A DNA stretch of 31,360 nt, taken from Planctomycetota bacterium. GTDB lineage: Bacteria > Planctomycetota > B15-G4 > JADJEK01. This document shows positions 9,285 through 16,675 of the stretch, one piece after another; position 1 is the stretch's first letter; every line of letters starts with the position of its first letter. The stretch is from the NCBI GenBank assembly GCA_044225365.1, contig JBGAIQ010000061.1, forward strand, positions 1-31,360, read 5' to 3'. The translations under genes and the position numbers were made by a program. The notes beneath the pieces were generated by a model that saw nothing but the letters and a program-made list of their open reading frames with translations, ran no database searches and was not told the DNA's origin.

Positions 9285-9337
9285 CAGCCCGTTGAACAAG
9301 TCGGCCGAGCGCCGAGTTGTTCGACGTGCTGTCAACG
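9279..9337. repeat. 27-bp imperfect inverted repeat (4 mismatches, 5-nt spacer)
   Basis: cgttaacagcccgttgaacaagtcggc / gccgagttgttcgacgtgctgtcaacg. Confidence 0.75.
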
Positions 9338-9338
9338 A

Positions 9339-10628
9339 TCAACCGTGCGGAGCGACGAATCGTGCGGCGAGGAAATCCGTGATCGGTTCGTAGGCGATGA
9401 GCAGGACGACGGCGGCGAGTGCGAGAAAAGGCCCGAACGGCATCGCTCGCAATTCGACGTCCGAAGCTCGCAACTTGCGGAAGAACGAGATCAAGCAGAC
9501 GAGACTGACCACCAGTCCGACTCCGAGCGCCATGGTCGGCGAGGTCGCCATTGCCACGCTCGGAAGGCAGCCAATGGCGATTCCAACGACGACGAGCAGG
9601 AGCAATGTGGGACCTGGCATCGCTCGCAGGAGCATCGCGAACGCCGCGATCGCGCCGAGCATCGATCCGATTCCGAAAAGCAGCGCGACGCCTTCCGCAC
9701 CCAGCACCGCGCCAGCGAGTGCGAGGAATTTCGCGTCTCCAAGGCCCATTGCTTCGCGCCGGAAGAGCAAGCTGAAGATCAGTCGCACGAGATAGATGAC
9801 GAGGAGGCCCCCTCCGACACCGGCCGCCGAGGTGATGGCCGCTGCGACTCTTGGGTGCGCAGCGAGATCGACGTCTCGGAGCGCGAAGAACGTGACCGCA
9901 GCGCCGAGCGCGGCGGGCAGGAGTGCGGGCATCAGGAATTCGCGCGTCTCGGCAACGAGCGAAAACTCCTCGTCGTCGGTCGGCAGTGCACTCTCGGGCT
10001 CGCCTTGGGCGTCGGCGTCGACGCTCTCGTCCCCACGATCCCGCCGCAGGAAGTCGACGAAGAGCGCGGGGTACACGCCCACCGCGCACCCAGCCATCAG
10101 CAGTGAGAGGGCGTGCGCGGTTCCGCTTCCATGCCGCGAAGGATCGAAGACGTGGCCGCGCATCACGAGCGGTTCGAACGCGACGCCAGCGACGACGAGC
10201 GGGAGCCACGGAATCGTCAAAGGGTCGGGGATGATCGCGAGCTGGAAATCGATCACCGTGATCGCGACGCAGAGCGAGACGACGAGCAGATCGAGCAGGA
10301 CGCGCGGAATCGATGGAGCCCCGCCGTCGAGCTCTTGCGCCGCGATCAACGCGAAGAGCACAGCGGTCGCGAGTTCGACCCCGAAGTACCGCGCAGGAAT
10401 CCGCGCCCTGCAATCACCACAGCGGCCATTCAGCCAGAGCCAAGACACGAGGGGAATGTTCCGCGTCGCTGGAATCTGCTTCTTGCAGCTCGGGCAAAAC
10501 GAACGCTTCGGATTGCCGACCGACATGCCGCGCGGAACGCGATAGATGACCACATTGAGGAACGATCCGACGCAGGCGCCGAGGAAGAACGCGAAGACGA
10601 CGAAGAGGGACTGATCGATCACGCGCAA
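9339..10628 (-). CDS. pilD: Prepilin peptidase PilD (A24A), enlarged
   Basis: GSFLNVVIYRVP, RSFCPSC, NIPLVSWLWLNGRCGDC, catalytic Asp motifs VIDFQ and MGLGDAK, PFGPFL. Start is TTG 10628 or GTG 10622. Confidence 0.93.
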   Translation of the reverse strand: MRVIDQSLFVVFAFFLGACVGSFLNVVIYRVPRGMSVGNPKRSFCPSCKKQIPATRNIPLVSWLWLNGRCGDCRARIPARYFGVELATAVLFALIAAQELDGGAPSIPRVLLDLLVVSLCVAITVIDFQLAIIPDPLTIPWLPLVVAGVAFEPLVMRGHVFDPSRHGSGTAHALSLLMAGCAVGVYPALFVDFLRRDRGDESVDADAQGEPESALPTDDEEFSLVAETREFLMPALLPAALGAAVTFFALRDVDLAAHPRVAAAITSAAGVGGGLLVIYLVRLIFSLLFRREAMGLGDAKFLALAGAVLGAEGVALLFGIGSMLGAIAAFAMLLRAMPGPTLLLLVVVGIAIGCLPSVAMATSPTMALGVGLVVSLVCLISFFRKLRASDVELRAMPFGPFLALAAVVLLIAYEPITDFLAARFVAPHG

Positions 10629-10635
10629 CGCACCT

Positions 10636-11514
10636 TCAGTTTCCGGTCGCGACGGGCATCGCGCCGACCTGTAGCGCTCCCGTCTCCTCGGCTCGCAACG
10701 CGAGTGGAGGTACGTCCTCGACGAGATTCCCCACGAGGTCGCGTAGTCGTCCCGACTTCACGATCAGGAGGTACCGCGTCCGCGGTTGGAATCCGGCCGT
10801 AGGCCGAATCCTGATTTCGGCACGATCCTCGTACTGAATCAAACGTGTTTCGGTCTCGACCGGGGTCCGATCGTGATTGTCGTAGCGCAGATCGATCGCG
10901 TTCGAATCGACGGTACGCGGCGCGAGCGGCTTGTTGAACGCGAGGATGACGCTGCCATCGGGATGGATGACTGCGTCGCCCGCGCCGTCATGAAGGCGAT
11001 CGAGATTCGACAAATGCGGCTTCTCCCCGGGCTCGGTGTCGACGAACGCAGCGAAATTCGAGCTCTCCGCCGCTTCGACACCGACGACGTCGAACGTCGC
11101 CTTGAAAGGCCGCCGCAACGGTTCGCCGCCCGTCGACAGAACCCCATCGCGCTTCGGAAACGCGAACACCGCGACCTCCACCCGTTCGCCGGGAGCAAAG
11201 CCCCCATCGTCGAGACTCGCCGCGGCGACCGGCTTCGGCACGAACGTGACGTGATCACCCGTTGCGATCAGCCGTCCGCTCGCGATGCGCCGGTCCTTTC
11301 CGACCACCCGAACCGAATCCAACGTCACCGAACTCGGATCGACCGGCTCGCTGAAGCGAAGCGTGATGGGCTCGTTGAGATGAAGAGTGGAATTCGCCGG
11401 CCCGGGTGTGACTTCCGCGACACGAAATTCCCGCGGCTCGTCCCCACAACCCTGGAAGAGGAAGGCACAGGCCGCGACGACGAACGGCGCGGCGCCGAGC
11501 GCGCCTCCGCTCAC
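10636..11514 (-). CDS. Putative lipoprotein with two Ig-like (Big_5-type) domains
   Basis: Lipobox-like FLFQG|C; two repeats of the form ITLRFSEPVDPSSV / ILAFNKPLAPRTV ... LRDLVGN. Start uncertain (GTG 11514 overlapping the coaX stop, or 11535/11589). Confidence 0.65.
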   Translation of the reverse strand: MSGGALGAAPFVVAACAFLFQGCGDEPREFRVAEVTPGPANSTLHLNEPITLRFSEPVDPSSVTLDSVRVVGKDRRIASGRLIATGDHVTFVPKPVAAASLDDGGFAPGERVEVAVFAFPKRDGVLSTGGEPLRRPFKATFDVVGVEAAESSNFAAFVDTEPGEKPHLSNLDRLHDGAGDAVIHPDGSVILAFNKPLAPRTVDSNAIDLRYDNHDRTPVETETRLIQYEDRAEIRIRPTAGFQPRTRYLLIVKSGRLRDLVGNLVEDVPPLALRAEETGALQVGAMPVATGN

Positions 11515-12290
11515 GAGCGAACGAGCGCCCGGCACAGCGCCGCGTCGATTCCGCGAAGGGTCAAGGTCTCGTCGTGTCGAGGCATGCATCGCAGGAGCGG
11601 CAGGAGAAGTCTCGCGTCGCCTCCAGTGAGGATCGTGACCGCATCGTAGGAGCGCGAGAGATCGTGGACCAGCCGATCGATCATTCCCGCGGTACCGATC
11701 TCAACGCCCGAGCGGAGTGCTGCGACCGTGTTCTTCCCCAGGACGTGCGGCGGGACCGGCGATGCCGAAACGAGCGGGAGCTGCCCCGTGCGGTTGTGCA
11801 GCGCCGAGTACGACATGCGAATGCCCGGCGCGATCGCACCGCCACAGAACACTCCGCATACGACGAGGTCGACCGTGATCGCGGTGCCGGCGTCGATGAT
11901 CACCGCGACGGCGTCGCGCGCGAGTGCTTCCGCATTGAACAGCCGATCGAGCCCCACCATCTGCGGTTGCTCGCACGCGTTCTCGATGCTCGGTGCGAAG
12001 TCGTGCGGGGCGATGAGTACGCGGCGCGAACCGCGCAGGGCTTCGATGAAGCGATCGAGCGCCTTGGGACTGACACTCGCAACGCCGAGCGGTGCTGCGG
12101 GCATCGCATCGAGGATCGTAGTGAGCTTGGCCTCGAAATCCGCCCGACCGTGCAGCAGCGAATGCATGGACGCGAGGGTGCGATCGCCGCGGATGAGCGC
12201 GATCGTGGCCGCCGAGTTGCCGAGATCCACGACGATCCGATCGGTCGTCGTCGACTCCTTGATCTCGGGAGACGCAGTCACTGCAGGCAA
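11511..12290 (-). CDS. coaX: Type III pantothenate kinase
   Basis: VDLGNS, VASVSP, GLDR, IDAGTAITVD, GGAIAPG, LTGGDA, LTLRG motifs. Confidence 0.92.
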   Translation of the reverse strand: MPAVTASPEIKESTTTDRIVVDLGNSAATIALIRGDRTLASMHSLLHGRADFEAKLTTILDAMPAAPLGVASVSPKALDRFIEALRGSRRVLIAPHDFAPSIENACEQPQMVGLDRLFNAEALARDAVAVIIDAGTAITVDLVVCGVFCGGAIAPGIRMSYSALHNRTGQLPLVSASPVPPHVLGKNTVAALRSGVEIGTAGMIDRLVHDLSRSYDAVTILTGGDARLLLPLLRCMPRHDETLTLRGIDAALCRALVRS

Positions 12291-12303
12291 AGGCGTAATT
12301 CCG

Positions 12304-13392
12304 TCAACGGGCGACGCGGAACGTCTTGGTCATCTTGCTCCCACGGCGTTCGATCTCGATCTTGTAGCTCGTGAGCTGCTGGTTGTTCTTGAAGTAGTCG
12401 ACGATCGCGGACTTGCTGCTCATCTCTTCGCCGTTGATCGACCGCAGCACGTCCTCCTCGCGGAATCCGCGTTGGTAGGCGAGCGATCCTTCCGGCACTT
12501 TCTTGAGGGCGAGGCGCTGGCGGTTCTCGGACTTCACCATCGTCACGCCGAGCTCGATCTCGCCGAGGAGCGCTTCCCCCTCGGTGTCGAATCGCGCGAG
12601 CTCGTCGGTGCCGATGTACCAGTCGTTGTCGCTCTTGTCGTCGAGAGGCTTCGATTCCTTGTTGCGCTGGACTCGCGTTGCTGAATCACCGACGACGTCG
12701 ACCCCACTCCCCGCCCCGCCGTTGTCCCACATCTTCTTGACCGGATCCCGATTCTTCGGCATCTCGGTCGGCAGCACGATCACCTTGCCATCTCCCCAAC
12801 TCAGCTCGGCGCCGTAGTCGTAGATGTTGAGGACCTTGCCGTTGTAGGGTGCCGCGTTGTACGGAGTCTTCAACGAATCGCCGACGCGGAGGAATCCCTC
12901 CAGGATCCGCACCGGCGCGGGCCCGCTCGATACCGTTGCGCTCCCCCCCGCGGGGGGCGGCGGCGGAGGCGGCGTATCGGGCTCGTCCTTGTACTTGATC
13001 GCTACCGCGCTGTCGTTCGCGGTGTTGCCCGAGACGATGTACTTGATCGAAAGTACCTCTTCGACCTTCTTGAGATCGAGGGACTTCGGGGTCGCGCTCG
13101 CCGACGGGTCCTCGACCTTGGGCGGCTCCTTGCCCGTCACGTTCAGATTGCGGAGGTTCTCGTAGTCGGACCAGTTGAGGCCGGTACTGCGCTCCCTGGC
13201 CTTGATCGTCGGGCTCACCGCGAGCGCGGTCTTGATCGACTTCTCGATCCCGCGCGCCCGAGCCTTGTTGGTGTCCTTGATGATCGGGACGACCCGCATG
13301 AAGATGTACACCAAGAGGCCGAGGATCGCCGCGAATGCAACGGCGATGAGCAGCCAAAGCAGGGTCTTGAGAGTTTGGACTTTGATCCGCAT
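12304..13392 (-). CDS. GspC-like membrane protein with a C-terminal PDZ domain
   Basis: One N-terminal TM helix, a Pro-rich linker, and PDZ-like VPEGSLAYQRGFREEDVLRSING...IERRG. Start set at MRIKVQ. Confidence 0.6.
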   Translation of the reverse strand: MRIKVQTLKTLLWLLIAVAFAAILGLLVYIFMRVVPIIKDTNKARARGIEKSIKTALAVSPTIKARERSTGLNWSDYENLRNLNVTGKEPPKVEDPSASATPKSLDLKKVEEVLSIKYIVSGNTANDSAVAIKYKDEPDTPPPPPPPAGGSATVSSGPAPVRILEGFLRVGDSLKTPYNAAPYNGKVLNIYDYGAELSWGDGKVIVLPTEMPKNRDPVKKMWDNGGAGSGVDVVGDSATRVQRNKESKPLDDKSDNDWYIGTDELARFDTEGEALLGEIELGVTMVKSENRQRLALKKVPEGSLAYQRGFREEDVLRSINGEEMSSKSAIVDYFKNNQQLTSYKIEIERRGSKMTKTFRVAR

Positions 13393-13594
13393 GGTCCGAC
13401 GTCCACGCTGCAACGCAGCTTCGATGCACCCAGCCCCCGGCCTCGTCTCCCGAGGCGGGAGAAGGAAGACCGCGTGAAGGGCGACGATCGCATGTTAGCA
13501 GGCGACGGCCGCGGACTTCCGTGCGAAAAACTCGAGGTCGTGGGGAAACGACGCCAGGCGACCGACCGCGGTCGCCTGGTGGTCGGTTGGTCGC

Positions 13595-14743
13595 CTAGCG
13601 GCCGTCGAGCTTCCCGCTAATTCGTCGGCGGTCGGATTGCGGAGCAGTCCGGTTGAGATCCGCGAGACTGCTGCCGCGCGTGACACCCGCGATCACGAGT
13701 TTGAGCTCGTCGGGATTGTCGGCGGTCGCGAGGGCGTCGTGGTAGTCGATGCGACCTTCGTTGTAGAGCCGGGCGAGACACTGGTCGAAGGTCAGCGTCC
13801 CGAAGAACTCACCCTCCGCGAGCACCTTCGTGAGCTGGCCCGTGCGTCCCTCTTTCAGCACCTCGCGCACGGAGGGCGTCGACAACATGAGCTCGAACGC
13901 CGGGAGGCGGCCCTTGCCGTCGATCGTGTTCATGAGGCGCAGGGAGATGACGCCCTGGAGCACCATCGAGAGCTGCAGACGAACGAGTGCATGCTGCTGG
14001 GACGGAAAGTAGGCCAGGATGCGCTCAACGGTCTGGACGGCGTTGATCGTGTGCAGCGTCGAGAGTACGAGGTGTCCGGATTCGGCGGCGTTGATCGCGG
14101 CCTCGATCGTCTCGGCATCGCGCATTTCGCCGAGCACGATGACGTCGGGCGCTTGACGCAGACAGTACTTGAGCGCGCTCGCGAAGGTCTCGGAGTCGTG
14201 TCCGATCTCACGCTGCGTGACGATGCAGTGTTGATCGGAGAAAACGTATTCGACGGGGTCCTCGATCGTGACGATGTGTCGCGAGAGGTTCTGGTTCATG
14301 TATTCGAGCATCGACGCCAGCGTCGTCGACTTGCCCGATCCCGCGATTCCGGTCGCCAGGACGAGGCCGCGCTTCAACTGGGCGAGCTTCTCGAGCTGTG
14401 GGGCCGGCAGCGCCAGGTCCTGGAAGCTCGGGATTCGGTTCTTGATGTACCGGAACACCATCGCCGGCTTGCCGAGCTGGCGGAAGACGTTGACGCGGAA
14501 ACGACCGAGTCCCACGATCTCGTAGGCGAGGTCGACCTCGCGACCGCCGACGAATCGCGCCATCTGCGCGCCGTCGAGCATCTCGCCCACGAAGCGCATC
14601 GTCACGTCCTCGGTGAGCAGCACGTCCGAGATGGGCTCGAGGCGACCGTGCACGCGGAGCGACGCGAGACTGCCGGTCTTGACGATGAGGTCGGAAGCGC
14701 CTTCTTCGACGGTCTTCCGCAGGAGGTCCATCAACTGGAGCAT
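13595..14743 (-). CDS. pilU: Second PilT/PilU-family retraction ATPase
   Basis: ASDL, GRFRVNVF, GIAGSGKS, TIEDPVE, LRQAPDVIVLGEMRD, ESGHLVLSTLH; AIRNLIRE position diverged (SVREVLKE). Confidence 0.85.
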   Translation of the reverse strand: MLQLMDLLRKTVEEGASDLIVKTGSLASLRVHGRLEPISDVLLTEDVTMRFVGEMLDGAQMARFVGGREVDLAYEIVGLGRFRVNVFRQLGKPAMVFRYIKNRIPSFQDLALPAPQLEKLAQLKRGLVLATGIAGSGKSTTLASMLEYMNQNLSRHIVTIEDPVEYVFSDQHCIVTQREIGHDSETFASALKYCLRQAPDVIVLGEMRDAETIEAAINAAESGHLVLSTLHTINAVQTVERILAYFPSQQHALVRLQLSMVLQGVISLRLMNTIDGKGRLPAFELMLSTPSVREVLKEGRTGQLTKVLAEGEFFGTLTFDQCLARLYNEGRIDYHDALATADNPDELKLVIAGVTRGSSLADLNRTAPQSDRRRISGKLDGR

Positions 14744-14786
14744 GGTCGTGTCGCCGCAAGAGAAAGGGATGAAGAGACCCCTCGGC

Positions 14787-14815
14787 TTATCGACCCCGAC
14801 GGGGAGCGACCTTAC
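14787..14815 (-). promoter_or_regulatory. sigma28-like promoter upstream of pilU/pilT2
   Basis: Minus strand GTAA-N17-GTCGATAAG, in the same register as the pilT and pilM sites; 44 nt before the ATG. Confidence 0.5.
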
Positions 14816-15831
14816 TGGTTTTCGGTAGTCGCCGGCGACTCGCGCAGCGCCTTCACACGCGCAACCATTGCTGCCTTCAACTCTTCGATCCCTTCACCGG
14901 TCGTCCCCGAGACGCAATGAGCTTCGAACTTCGCCTTCTTGACCGCGGTGGCGAGCTTCTTTCGCCCCGCCGCATCGAGGAGATCGACCTTGGTGAGGAC
15001 GACGATCTCCGGCTTGTTCGCGAGCGCTTCGCTGTAGGCGCGAATCTCGTCGCGCACGCTCTGCCAAGCTGCCTTCACGAGCGACGGATCGGAAGCGTCG
15101 ACGAGATGCAGTAGGACACGAGTGCGTTCGACGTGACGCAGGAATCGATCGCCGAGCCCGCGGCCCGTCGAGGCGCCTTCGATCAACCCCGGAACGTCCG
15201 CGATCACGTACGGCTCGAAATCGAATTCGACGATCCCGACGTTGGGGCTGAGCGTCGTGAACGCATAGGCGCCGACCTTGGGTCGCGCGTGCGAGAGCGC
15301 GCCGAGCAGTGTCGACTTGCCGGCGTTCGGGAAGCCGACGAGACCGACGTCCGCGATGATCTTGAGTTCGAGCTTGAGCGCGCGCTCCTCGCCGGGCACT
15401 CCGGGCTCGGCGCGCGTCGGCACCCGATCGGTCGGAGTCGCAAACTTCGCGTTGCCCCGTCCCCCACGACCGCCGACGGCGATCACGAGTCGCTCGCCGC
15501 TCTGCGCGAGGTCCTTCAGCACGTTGCCGTGAGAGGGATCCTTCACCAGCGTTCCGACGGGGACCTTCAGGACGAGATCCTCGCCGCCCTTGCCGAACAT
15601 CTTGTTGCCGCTGCCCGCTTCGCCGCTCTTCGCAACGTAGCGACGCTGCATCGCGAGCGACTCGAGCGACATCAGTTTCGGATCCGCTTCGAGGACGACG
15701 TCGCCGCCCTTGCCGCCGTCGCCGCCATCCGGGCCGCCCTTCGGGATGTACTTCTCCCGACGGAACGACACGCGGCCATTGCCGCCGTCGCCGGCCTTCA
15801 CGATGATCTCGAGTTCGTCGCGGAAACGCAT
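14812..15831 (-). CDS. obgE: GTPase ObgE/CgtA
   Basis: AGDGGNG, FRREKYIPKGGPDGGDGG, GFPNAGKS, YAFTTL, DVPGLIEGA. Confidence 0.97.
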   Translation of the reverse strand: MRFRDELEIIVKAGDGGNGRVSFRREKYIPKGGPDGGDGGKGGDVVLEADPKLMSLESLAMQRRYVAKSGEAGSGNKMFGKGGEDLVLKVPVGTLVKDPSHGNVLKDLAQSGERLVIAVGGRGGRGNAKFATPTDRVPTRAEPGVPGEERALKLELKIIADVGLVGFPNAGKSTLLGALSHARPKVGAYAFTTLSPNVGIVEFDFEPYVIADVPGLIEGASTGRGLGDRFLRHVERTRVLLHLVDASDPSLVKAAWQSVRDEIRAYSEALANKPEIVVLTKVDLLDAAGRKKLATAVKKAKFEAHCVSGTTGEGIEELKAAMVARVKALRESPATTENQ

Positions 15832-15885
15832 GCGGGAGGATCTGCCAGGAAGTGGGAAACGGGCGAAGCGAGGGGTTCGGAACGC

Positions 15886-15911
15886 AAAACGGGGCGCCGT
15901 GCGCCCCGTTT
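15886..15911 (-). terminator. Intrinsic terminator after rplU-rpmA
   Basis: Minus strand AAACGGGGCGC-acg-GCGCCCCGTTTT. Confidence 0.7.
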
Positions 15912-15940
15912 CGACTCGCGTTCCGTTCGGCGGACGGCGT

Positions 15941-16210
15941 TCAGTTCGCGCTGACTCCGGTCGCGATCGGCTCGACGCTCACCGTCACGCGGCGCCCGCT
16001 CTTGAAGCGAACGACCCCCGTGCAGTTCGAGTAGATCGTGTAGTCGCGACCCATGCCGACGTTGACGCCGGGATGGACGCGCGTGCCGCACTGGCGAACG
16101 ATGATCGTGCCGGAATGAACGGTTTCACCCGCGTACGCCTTGATCCCCCGCATCTGCGGATTCGAATCACGGCCGTTGCGCGAGGAACCCTGACCCTTCT
16201 TATGTGCCAT
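15941..16210 (-). CDS. rpmA: 50S ribosomal protein L27
   Basis: [31 protein letters not shown]. Confidence 0.98.
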   Translation of the reverse strand: MAHKKGQGSSRNGRDSNPQMRGIKAYAGETVHSGTIIVRQCGTRVHPGVNVGMGRDYTIYSNCTGVVRFKSGRRVTVSVEPIATGVSAN

Positions 16211-16234
16211 GGCGAATGTCCTCTCGTTCTCGGC

Positions 16235-16534
16235 TCAGGCGCGGATCGCGTCGATCTTCACACGCGTGAAGTGCTGACGATGACCGAAGCGACGCCGGTA
16301 GTTCTTGCGACGCTGATATTTCACGACGTAGATCTTCTCGCCGCGGGCTCCGCCCACGACGGTGGCCTCGACGGCGGCGCCGGCGACGGTCGGCGTGCCG
16401 ACCTTGCCGTTCGCGAACAGGACTTCCTCGAAGCGGATCTTGTCGCCCGCCTTGAGCCCGACCCGTTCGATCAGAATGCTGCGATCCGGCTCGACCCGAT
16501 ACTGGTGGCCGCCATCGCGGATGATCGCGTACAC
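16235..16534 (-). CDS. rplU: 50S ribosomal protein L21
   Basis: MYAIIRDGGHQYRV, RRKNYRRRFGHRQ; GGAGG RBS, GTG start. Confidence 0.98.
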   Translation of the reverse strand: MYAIIRDGGHQYRVEPDRSILIERVGLKAGDKIRFEEVLFANGKVGTPTVAGAAVEATVVGGARGEKIYVVKYQRRKNYRRRFGHRQHFTRVKIDAIRA

Positions 16535-16604
16535 AAAAACCTCCGTCGTCTGATCTGCTCGCGCCGTTCCAACTCACGAAGCCGGGCGCGATTTCGAGCC
16601 GCGC

Positions 16605-16633
16605 AGTCTAACGCCGGGCCCCTGGCCACGCAA
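16605..16633 (-). promoter_or_regulatory. sigma70 promoter for rplU-rpmA
   Basis: TTGCGT-N17-TAGACT on the minus strand. Confidence 0.6.
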
Positions 16634-16675
16634 CGACGTTCGTGGTTTCGGACAGGAATTGGGACCCGGGGTCAC

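Noticed and set aside
9216-9335. Longer ORF-track starts for fusA-like (also rne, pilQ, pilM, recR, ybaB)
   Set aside because: Downstream ATGs match family N-termini and mostly have RBSs; several extensions run through predicted promoters or UTRs.
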